A model generated the notes under the pieces. It saw only the letters and a program-made list of their open reading frames with translations. It searched no databases and was not told the DNA's origin. 64,000 nt of DNA. Source: Octopus vulgaris. Lineage: Eukaryota. Shown here in pieces: positions 42,845-51,737 of the stretch. The translations under genes and the position numbers were made by a program. The stretch lies in assembly GCA_951406725.2 (NCBI GenBank), contig OX597822.1:108748001-108812000 (forward strand), read 5' to 3'. Each line of letters starts with the position of its first letter. The stretch's first letter is position 1.

Positions 42845-42946
42845 CCTCTGACGAGGCCTATGGTTATTTATATAAGTACTCTATTTTATATGTCTACAAC
42901 CTCAGTATGTTTACAACTATAGGCAATGAAAATAAAACAGCTGTGG
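42845..42946 (+). ncRNA. Degenerate hammerhead motif (pLTR remnant)
   Basis: CTGACGA-G-GCCTATGGTT...AACTATAGGC...AAACAGCTGT: 10-bp stem II and palindromic stem III, but the GAAA junction is disrupted. Confidence 0.35.
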
Positions 42947-43015
42947 CTGTTTTATAAAACAGGAGTGGCTGGGTGGTAAGTAGCTTGCTAACAGTTGCTT
43001 CTGCGCATGTGCGAG

Positions 43016-43052
43016 TCAGTGTTGTGTTTGGCACTGAAGCGGTGAAGACGTG
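43016..43052 (+). promoter_or_regulatory. Candidate internal Pol II promoter (Inr TCAGT + DPE-like AGACGTG)
   Basis: TCAGT at 43016-43020 and AGACGTG at 43046-43052, i.e. +29 from the Inr A, one base off canonical spacing. Confidence 0.35.
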
Positions 43053-43613
43053 CTTTTGAAGCCGTCTTGAATTGAAAACTTTGGAAGCCCCATGTAAGGT
43101 AAGATTCTGTTTTCTGGGTCCAGTGGGAGTTTTTGTTGAGAATTGTTTTTTACAGGCAGGAAGTCCTACTGGATTCAGAATTCTGATTCTGCCGACATGT
43201 GGCAAATATATTTTTCTCGCTGAGAAAATTTTGGGGGGGCGTATCCCTCTTCGATAAATTGAGTGAATATTTTTCTCACGTAATTGTGAGAATTGTATTG
43301 TGCTGTGAAGAACTTTTATGAATTGTGAAAACTACTATATAGGGGAGTATTTTGCCTCCGAAGTTTGAACAATTTTTACCAATTTTACACCAATTTTTGT
43401 GGAAGTTGTGCGATCCTGGTTCAATTTAGGCCGGGAGTACCAAATGGCCAGAAGGATTTTGCTGTGTTATTGACTTTCTTTTTAACTTTATTTGACTTTC
43501 CTTTTAACTTTATTTGACTCTCTCCTTTTTTAACTGTGACTTTCTTCGGATTTCCTTTTCTTCTCGTTTTTTAGTTTTATTCTGAATACATTTAAAAAAA
43601 ACAAAGAAAAAAC

Positions 43614-44854
43614 ATGGCAATGAAAAATAACAAAATTTTGGAGTGGGAAATCATACCGCCTAAAAAGTTGTTAAAAGACCGTGAAGATAGGACGGTGGTG
43701 TTGAGAACCTACTCCAAGGCACTCGACATCATCGCCCTATTCGAAAAGACGGCAATTGAAAAGGAGTTGGAAGAGTATTTGCCAACAATTAAATTCAATT
43801 CCAGGGGTGTCAAATATGCAACGGTGTGGTTGCTATTTGACACCCCTGAAGAGGCTTGCAAATTTGCTAGCAAACCCCTGGAGGGTAAGGAAATCTTATT
43901 CCTGCCCACGTACAAAAAAAAGAAATTGATCAAAGCTTGGATCTGCGGGCTGCCACCCGACATAGAACCCGAGTGGATAGAGGAGACTATCCGCCGGGGT
44001 CTGGGTGGCAGCGAAACTAAGCTCCTTAATGTAAAAGTTCTTCCTGCGGCTGCTTGGGTTGGGTCAAAAGCAATTTTGACCCTGTGGACCCAATCAGCCA
44101 ACCTGGTTCTTCCAGATTTTTTGAAAATGGCCGGGTGCAGGTACCCGGTGATGCTTGAGGGTCGCCCCCCCCTAAGAGTCATCGGTGCTTGGAGTCCGGC
44201 AACATAAAGAAGAACTGTCCCCGGGAACAAAATAGGATCCCGGAACAGTTAAGTAAAACCCCTCTAGAAGAGGGAATGATAACGGCCGATAAAGCAGAGG
44301 ACTCCTCAAACAGAGGCCGAAAGAGGAAGGTGAGCAACAATGGGTGCTCACCAAAGGATAATAGGGATGAGGAGAGGAAGGCGAATCTTCCAGCCACGGA
44401 GGAGACGCACCCTCCCTCAGTTGAAATGGGAAAAATAAAGAAAAAGAGGAAGAAAAACGGGACATTACCGGCTGTCAGTGTAGCACCGGAATGTCCCGGA
44501 ACTGCGTCGGTTAGGGTTGTGCCACCGACAAGAGAAGGAATACCGTTGGCGGGAACTGTGCAGCCAACGAAAGAACTGAACGTATTGGTCCTCTTCTATA
44601 GAGGAGGAGAAATTGAAAAAGTGATGGAAGAGCACTACAAGGGAGCACCTTTAGCCTTCACACAGGACCCCGAATGGCCTCCGCAGGTAGCTGTGGAGGC
44701 CGTGGCGTTCGACGTGACGCTTGGGCTAAAGGAGCTCAATGAAGATTATAACTTGGTCCCGGGCGACGCCAACTCGGAACTTGATTACGTTCTGAGGGAG
44801 GCGTGGTTGATGGTGGAGGGCGCGGGCACAAGCTATTTCGAGGCCGATATGTAA
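43614..44854 (+). CDS. Gag/ORF1-like nucleic-acid-binding protein (RRM-like + degenerate CCHC knuckle + basic tail), frameshifted at a C8 run
   Basis: ORFs 43614-44207 and 44189-44854 join at 44165-44172 to read EGRPP-K-SHRCLESGNIKKNCP (CX2CX4HX4C with C>S and H>N). Homologous to the 62703-63822 protein. Confidence 0.7.
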
Positions 44855-44870
44855 TTATTGAACTGTTATT

Positions 44871-45018
44871 ATTAGTAATGGACTGATAAGTCCAAAAATT
44901 GAAAAATTGTAAGAGGATTAATACCTCGTTTTGTGTTTATTTTTATTAATAATGGACTGCTAAGTCCAAAAATTGGAAAAATTGTAAGAGGTTTAATACC
45001 TCGTTTTGTGTTTATCTT
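44871..45018 (+). repeat. 74-bp tandem duplication in the element 3' UTR
   Basis: ATTA.TAATGGACTG.TAAGTCCAAAAATTG.AAAATTGTAAGAGG.TTAATACCTCGTTTTGTGTTTAT twice. Confidence 0.85.
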
Positions 45019-45325
45019 TAAAAAGAACAATGTTTTAGAGAAGCGAAAGTCGGCGGGCGCTTTTTGTCTTCTCCCATCCTTATCATCTTTCTTTCATTAT
45101 CATTCACTTCATTAATGTCCTCGTCCAGCCCGCAAAGCTAACTTAATCTGTGTACTGCCTTTATGGGAAATGTTTTGAAATAAAGTAGCTTGCTAACCAG
45201 CCATATGGTTCTGGGTTCAGTCCCACTGCGTGGCATCTTGGGCAAATGTCTTCTGCTATAGCCCCGGGCCGACCAATGCCTTGTGAGTAGATTTGGTAGA
45301 CGGAAACTGAAAGAAGCCTGTCGTA

Positions 45326-45408
<83 letters not shown>

Positions 45409-45775
45409 GTGTTTGTGTGTCTGTGTGTCTGTGTTTGCCCCCCTAGCAGTGCTTGACAACCGATGCTGGTGTGTTTACGTCCCCGTCACCTAGCGGTTCA
45501 GCAAAAGAGACCGATAGAATAAGTACTGGGATTACAAAAAATAAGTCCCGGGGTTGATTTGTTCGACTAAAGGCTGTGCTCCAGTATGGCCGCAGTCAAA
45601 TGACTGAGACGAGTAAACGAGTAAAATAGAGAGTAAAAGAGTAAGAATGGTGGGTGGAAGCTTGATTGTAAACGTTTGTTTTGAGAGAACCATGTTGATA
45701 AGTGAAATAAGCAAGATCCTGAAACTTTTTCATCCCAAAGATTATGGTTCAATACACACACACACCTATATTACA

Positions 45776-46171
45776 TATAGCATAGGAGCACTCCGTCGGT
45801 TACGACGATGAGGGTCCCAGCTGATACGATCAACGGAACAGCTTGCTCGGGGAATTAACGTGCAAGTGTCTGGGCACTCCACAGACACGTGTACCCTTAA
45901 CGTAGTTCTCGAGGAGATTCAGCGTGACACAGAGTGTGACAAGGCTGGCCCTTTGAAATACAGGTACAACAGAAACAGGAAGAAAGAGTCAGAGAAAGTT
46001 GTGGTGAAAGAGTACAGCAGGGTTCACCACCAACCCCTGCAGAAGCCTCGTGAAGCTTTAGGTGTTTTCGCTCAATAAAATCTCACAATGCCCGGTCTGG
46101 GAATCGAAACCGTGATCCTACGACCGCGTGCCCGCTGCCCCAACCACTGGGCCATTGCGCCTCCACAAACA
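45776..46171 (-). mobile_element. SINE family B, ~9-bp TSD
   Basis: Full copy. TATATTACA at 45767-45775 and 46172-46180. Confidence 0.9.
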
Positions 46172-47138
46172 TATATTACAATTATGGTAAAGACAAGTGA
46201 TTTCCCCTTAAGTGGATGGCTTCTAAAGAAGATCTTTGTGACCAGAGCGGTAAATCATAGTGGGTGTGATATCATACAAATGGCAATGCTATACGTCATC
46301 AAATATTTAACGAACAAACAAAATCTAGAATCAATCTTCCGAAATATTTTATGTAAAACTTACAAACCAGGCAAAAGCAACTAAATCTCTTTCGCCGCCT
46401 CGTACATCTGATTCTTAACAGATAATTTCATAGCGATTTATCCCAATTGCAATGCACTCTGTACAACAAAAGTGCAGTTGGTGGAAATTTATCCTTGCAA
46501 TATTTGTAACATAAAGGGATGGAAATCCTTTTTACTAAAATCCTATATCTAAAATACCGCTCAGAGAACTTTGCTAACTGCATTATTTGAAAATTCACAT
46601 TATCCAGACTTTGCAATCGATAATCCACACCCGACGGATGGAGCAAATATTAACACTATCTCTATTTTTGGTCGATCAGTCTACTTGTCTTTATTTCCAT
46701 TGATGTAAATATATATATATTTGCCTTCTCATTCATTGTTTTAGTGTTCTTCCTTCATACAGTTATTTTCTCAATCAATCGTATATCAATACCAGTACCA
46801 TTGATCTATATTCCTATCTCTATTTCTGTAGGCGTATGCGTAAGTATTTTATGAATGCTCTTGTCATTCGGCCCCATCTTTCAATGTTTCTAGTCCAGTA
46901 CTTATCTCCGTTTAACACCATTTAACAACATCGATTCTCTTCTTTTCCATTCGTGACAGAAACACCTTTTTCTCCTTATCGATTTTCTTTGTTACCTCTC
47001 TAAATGTCTCGTTTGGAAATTCAACCTCGTTTTATATTAACTAAGAATTCAGATGACGTAAGAAAATATCATAGCTATATGACCGCGTGTGTGTCAGTTT
47101 GTGACTATTATAAGAATATATATATATATATATATATA

Positions 47139-47349
47139 CCGGAGTAAACACATAAATGTGAAACAAGGTGGAAAAAAAGAGTACTCAAATACCAGTGGTA
47201 GAGTAATATGCTTTATTTAAAGCAGCAGATAATTCAACAAAACCTGCTACTCTGAGTTTCCCCGAGCAAAAACTGTCCGATGAACGGCAACGGGAAACTC
47301 AGAGTAGCAGCTTTTGTTGAATTTTGAATTTTCTGCTGCTTTAAATAAA

Positions 47350-47350
<1 letters not shown>
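47139..47350. mobile_element. Inverted pLTR-like repeat in (TA)n with hammerhead
   Basis: CTTTATTTAAAGCAGCAG...CTACTCTGAGTTTCCC (47211-47262) inverted at 47292-47350. Confidence 0.7.
47273..47310 (+). ncRNA. Minimal type I hammerhead motif (U4C)
   Basis: CTGT-CCGATGA-ACG GCAA CGG-GAAA-CTC A GAG-TA^GCAG. Confidence 0.55.
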
Positions 47351-47440
<90 letters not shown>

Positions 47441-47809
47441 TGATAGATTAAGCATACTAATGCCCAAAACCTTCTGTAAGAACACAATATACATATCCAT
47501 CTCAAAAAAATATTAGTCTATTAGAGAGCGGCATAAACGATTAAAAAGGGACAAGGGATCAAGGAATTATATAGTAATTATCATTAGTTTACAGCTGTGT
47601 CTGTTGTAAGGTGCAATCACTCAAAGCTGAATGCTTGTGTATTACTCTATATATTTACTCAGATCTATAACGCTGAAGTGTAGTTAAATTTGAGAGAGCA
47701 TTTATATGTATGGAAAATAGAAATGGTTGTATATTAAAATATACATACGAAGGTTAAAAGGAAGCAACACAAATGTCAAGATTTCCTGTATGTATATACA
47801 CATGTGTGA

Positions 47810-47873
<64 letters not shown>

Positions 47874-47892
47874 TTACATACAAACATATATA

Positions 47893-48015
47893 CAGTAATC
47901 CCTCCGCTATCGCGTGTGTGGCGTTCCTAATCTCACAGCGATTGTTTAAGATTCGCAAAGTAGAAAAGGTACTGTATTGTATATTTCTTATTGTCATTTT
48001 AATAATTTGTATATT
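47893..48015 (+). mobile_element. Tigger/pogo-like DNA transposon end, interrupted by the LINE
   Basis: TA|CAGTAATCCCTCCGCTATCGCG...CGTTCC, a TA-flanked CAGT terminus. Confidence 0.5.
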
Positions 48016-48079
48016 ATTACCTGGAAAATATGAAGGCCGACCTAAGCCAGGAGATCCAGCGAGCCATCACCAACCATCT

Positions 48080-51000
48080 ATGCAAATCACAAGGACCACT
48101 CACCCATTACCAACTTCCCTTACCTCGACATTCCTGTTAAATGTACGTGGCATCAACCCATCAATTATTGCCCAAAAATGGAAGATCCCATATATAGAGA
48201 GTTGGCTTGCCGAAATGGCACATTGCTTCCCTTTCTTTATCCTTACCGAGACTCACCTGAACAACACCCATATAGACGCAGAGGTGAAAATAAAAGATTT
48301 CACCATTGTTCGTGCGGATCGCACAGACCGAAATAAGGGAGGGACAGCCATCTTTATCCATGACTCCTTTTCACTTGATGCCAAGGACACATTTTCCAAT
48401 GGCTACTGTGAATCGGTATCAGTATACAACAAAGCCAAGGACATAACCATTGTTGGTCTTTACAGGCCTCCCCAGGCACCTCTAAAGTACTTTGAAGAGT
48501 GCCTTAGCAAAGTCAAGTCCTTCCTTCGGAAGTACCACTCCGGAAACATAATAGTGATGGGTGATTTTAACCTCCCTCATGTGAACTGGCCCACAAATAC
48601 TCCGAAGTTAGGCAAGTGCTCTACATCAGATAGGGCAGCAGCAGAACTGCTCTTTAATCTGATGGATGAGTATTTCCTGACTCAGCTAGTGCTTGAACCA
48701 ACGAGACAGAATAAAACGATCTTGGATCTGGTACTGACCAATCACTCTAGCTACGTTCACAGCATTTCAGTCGAAAAAACTCTCCTCTCAGACCACGACA
48801 TGGTACTCTGCAATCTTAATTCCCGACGTATAAAAACCAAACCAGCCAATCCCACTCCATGGCACCCATTTGACAACATAAATTTCCACAAAGCGGACTG
48901 GGGAACAATCAGAAAGGATCTGTCTTCCATCGACTGGTCTTTTACTCTCAATTCCCCTCATATTGAGACCGCGTGGCAGCACTTTGAAACCATTGTCACC
49001 GACACATGCTCTAAACACGCTCCCAAGAAATCTACTAACACAAACAGAAACCGGCTCCCTAAAAAGAAAAAAACACTCATCAGGCGCATCAAAAGACTCA
49101 ACAAAAAAATCAACCAATTAAAATATTCCCACACGCAACATCCACATTCAACAACAATGAAAAGACTAGAGCTGGAAAAACTTCATCTGCAGACTAACAT
49201 GAAAACCTCCATTGAAAATCAAAGAGCTGTGGAGGAACAATGGGTAATCAAAAACATCAAACAGAACCCAAAAGTGTTCTATTCTTATGCAAATAAGCAT
49301 AGAACCACTGTCTCACCTATTGGGCCATTGATTGATGAAAACGGCATTCCCCAACACGATGCTAAAGAAATGGCAGAAATACTGCAGAAACAATATTGCT
49401 CTGTCTTCAGTGTTCCCACTGATATTGATGTGAGGGAAACGAACGAAGCTGACTCCCAACACAAAATCGCAGACATAACCTTCACTGCCACCGACATCGT
49501 AGCAGCAATAAATGAGGTCAAACATTACTCCGCTGTAGGCCCTGATAGATTTCCCGCCAGTCTCCTGAAGGAATGTAGATATCAACTTGCAGTCCCTCTG
49601 ACCAACCTCTGGAGAAACTCGTTAGACGCAGGTTATATACCGAAAAAGTTTCTATCCCAGTCGGTCATCCCGGTTTTCAAACAGGGAAACAGATCCCTCG
49701 CAGTCAACTATCGCCCAATCTCACTCACCTCCCACATCATTAAAGTGTTTGAAAGAGTGTTAAGATCAAGGATAGCTGACTTCCTGGAGACCCACAAACT
49801 CCTAAATTCAAATCAACATGGCTTTCGCTGTGGCAGGGACTGTCTAACACAGCTCTTACACCACATTGAAGATGTACTCAAAGCCTTGGGAACAGGTTCG
49901 AACTCTGACGTCATATACCTTGACTTCAGTAAAGCGTTCGACAGGGTAGACCATAACATCCTACTCTCAAAATTGGCAAATGTTGGAATCCGTGGAAAAG
50001 TTCTACACTGGATTCAGTATTTCCTAGCGAATAGAACACAACATGTTGTAGTTGATGGAGTCCACTCAAACCCAGCAAAAGTCACCAGCGGTGTTCCCCA
50101 GGGAACTGTTTTGGGTCCGCTACTCTTCATAATTTATGTAAACGACCTTTCCAGTGTCGTACATCACTGCAAAGTGAAAATATTCGCTGATGACACTAAG
50201 CTCCAGCAAATCGTCAATGAAGAAGCAGACCGAACTCAACTCCAGTCTGACCTATATGCTGTGAGTCAATGGGCAGACAGAAACAAAATGCAACTGAATG
50301 AGGGAAAATTTGAGCTGATGCATTTTGGAAGAAATTCCTCACTAAAACAACCATACTCTCTTCCTTCAGGGGAACCGCTCACAGCCTCTAACAATATCAG
50401 AGACCTGGGTGTAATTGTTGATGACGATCTCAGTTGGAGTGCACACATCAACAAGAAGGTCGATACAGCTCGTAGGATGAGTTCCTGGATCTTAAGAACT
50501 TTCCGGTCCAGAGAACAAGGTGTCATCATACCACTTTTTTCATCCTTTGTACGGCCACACCTTGAATACTGCTGCCCACTGTGGTCTCCTCACACAAGAC
50601 AAAACATCTCCAGAATTGAGTCACCCCAGAGGGCTCTCACTAAACAAATTGAAGGCATGGCTGCTCTCGACTATTGGGATCGCCTTAAAGCCTTGAAACT
50701 TTACTCCCTCCAGCGTCGCCGTGAGCGGTACATCATTTGTACGATGTGGAAAATATACCGCCAACTTTGCCCAAACGACCTAAACATTAGCTTCAAGGTT
50801 CATCCGAGACTTGGACCACGGGCTATACGTCCCCTGCCAAATTCAAGATCACAACATACATGTACACTGCAACATAATTTCTTTTCCTCAACAGGCCCTG
50901 CCCTATTTAACATTGTCCCGAGGGAGATCAAAGAGGAAAAGGATCCCATCAACTTCAAACAGAGTCTGGATAGATTCCTTCAAAGAATACCAGACAAGCC

Positions 51001-51088
51001 ACCCATAATTGGATACAACTCACCCAACAAGAACTCACTACTTGAACAAAACTGGATACAACTCACCCAACAAGAACTCACTACTTGA
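48080..51088 (+). CDS. LINE ORF2: apurinic-like endonuclease + reverse transcriptase (~1002 aa from ATG 48080)
   Basis: APE motifs LNVRG, LTETHL, YRPP, GDFN, LDLVL, SDH; RT motifs YRPISLTS, QHGFR, YLDFSKAFDRV, GVPQGTVLGPLLF, FADD; CR1-type C-terminus RPHLEYCCPLWSP, LQRRRER. The track start at 47918 runs into flanking DNA. Confidence 0.95.
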   Translation: MQITRTTHPLPTSLTSTFLLNVRGINPSIIAQKWKIPYIESWLAEMAHCFPFFILTETHLNNTHIDAEVKIKDFTIVRADRTDRNKGGTAIFIHDSFSLDAKDTFSNGYCESVSVYNKAKDITIVGLYRPPQAPLKYFEECLSKVKSFLRKYHSGNIIVMGDFNLPHVNWPTNTPKLGKCSTSDRAAAELLFNLMDEYFLTQLVLEPTRQNKTILDLVLTNHSSYVHSISVEKTLLSDHDMVLCNLNSRRIKTKPANPTPWHPFDNINFHKADWGTIRKDLSSIDWSFTLNSPHIETAWQHFETIVTDTCSKHAPKKSTNTNRNRLPKKKKTLIRRIKRLNKKINQLKYSHTQHPHSTTMKRLELEKLHLQTNMKTSIENQRAVEEQWVIKNIKQNPKVFYSYANKHRTTVSPIGPLIDENGIPQHDAKEMAEILQKQYCSVFSVPTDIDVRETNEADSQHKIADITFTATDIVAAINEVKHYSAVGPDRFPASLLKECRYQLAVPLTNLWRNSLDAGYIPKKFLSQSVIPVFKQGNRSLAVNYRPISLTSHIIKVFERVLRSRIADFLETHKLLNSNQHGFRCGRDCLTQLLHHIEDVLKALGTGSNSDVIYLDFSKAFDRVDHNILLSKLANVGIRGKVLHWIQYFLANRTQHVVVDGVHSNPAKVTSGVPQGTVLGPLLFIIYVNDLSSVVHHCKVKIFADDTKLQQIVNEEADRTQLQSDLYAVSQWADRNKMQLNEGKFELMHFGRNSSLKQPYSLPSGEPLTASNNIRDLGVIVDDDLSWSAHINKKVDTARRMSSWILRTFRSREQGVIIPLFSSFVRPHLEYCCPLWSPHTRQNISRIESPQRALTKQIEGMAALDYWDRLKALKLYSLQRRRERYIICTMWKIYRQLCPNDLNISFKVHPRLGPRAIRPLPNSRSQHTCTLQHNFFSSTGPALFNIVPREIKEEKDPINFKQSLDRFLQRIPDKPPIIGYNSPNKNSLLEQNWIQLTQQELTT

Positions 51089-51095
51089 ACAAAAC
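51010..51095 (+). repeat. 43-bp perfect tandem duplication at the ORF2 C-terminus
   Basis: TGGATACAACTCACCCAACAAGAACTCACTACTTGAACAAAAC twice. Confidence 0.95.
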
Positions 51096-51251
51096 TTGAC
51101 TTAAACAGGATTCGAATAATACTATCAGGTGGTGCTATTAAGTTAGACATGGCCTGGACCAATCTTTGGTCGAAACATATCTAAGTTTTATCTAAGTTTT
51201 ATATATTTTATTATAAATGCAAAACAACACTACATATGCACACACACACAG

Positions 51252-51322
<71 letters not shown>

Positions 51323-51419
51323 TCTGATCACTGTGACCAACCAGGCTATCAGATGTTGCTACACATCGCTGGTCACAATGCGCTTAGCATTGTTTTAGCT
51401 TTCAAATGATGCCACCTCG

Positions 51420-51737
51420 CTGGCCAAATGTTTTCTAATATATCCTCGGGCCGCTCAAAGGCTTGTGAGTGGATTTGGTAGACGAAAATTGAAAGAAGCC
51501 CATCATATATACATATATGTATATATTTGTGTCTGTCTTTGTACCCTCACCGCCATCACGAGACAACCGATGTTGATGTGTTTACGTCCTCGTAACGTAG
51601 CTGTTCGGCAATAGAGACCGATAGAATAAGTATTACGCTTACAATGAATAAGCCGTAGGGTAGATTCTTTCAACCGAAGGCGGTGCTCCATCATGGCCGC
51701 TGTCAAATGACTGGAACAATTAAAAGAATAAAAGAAT
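51420..51737 (+). mobile_element. Old SINE family A copy (head missing)
   Basis: TTGTGAGTGGATTTGGTAGACG...GAGACCGATAGAATAAGTA...GGCGGTGCTCCATCATGGCCGC. Confidence 0.75.

Larger units (their letters stand above)
42993..45182 (+). mobile_element. ORF1-only (HAL1-like) non-autonomous non-LTR retroelement, 15-bp TSD
   Basis: AAGTAGCTTGCTAAC at 42978-42992 and 45183-45197; ~620-bp 5' UTR; single gag-like ORF; ~330-bp 3' UTR ending at AATAAA (45179-45184); no RT. Confidence 0.85.
42961..45646 (+). mobile_element. SINE family A split by a 2.19-kb insertion (head 42961-42992, remainder 45198-45646)
   Basis: AGGAGTGGCTGGGTGGTAAGTAGCTTGCTAAC | CAGCCATATGGTTCTGGGTTCAGTCCC reconstitutes the family A head. 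Confidence 0.9.
48018..51201 (+). mobile_element. 5'-truncated CR1-group LINE with intact ORF2
   Basis: Putative ORF1 tail 48021-48140, ORF2, short 3' UTR, terminal (TCTAAGTTTTA)2 repeat tail. Confidence 0.92.

Noticed and set aside
44880-44990. CTGATAA-GTCCAA-AAA-TTG(G)A-AAAA hammerhead-like look in the ORF1-only element 3' UTR
   Set aside because: Core G8 and G12 are absent and there is no stem I partner; insufficient.
47918-48079. N-terminal hydrophobic 'signal/TM' extension of the 1056-aa ORF
   Set aside because: Mostly read-through into AT-rich flanking DNA-transposon sequence upstream of the LINE truncation. The first ATG in frame is 48080.
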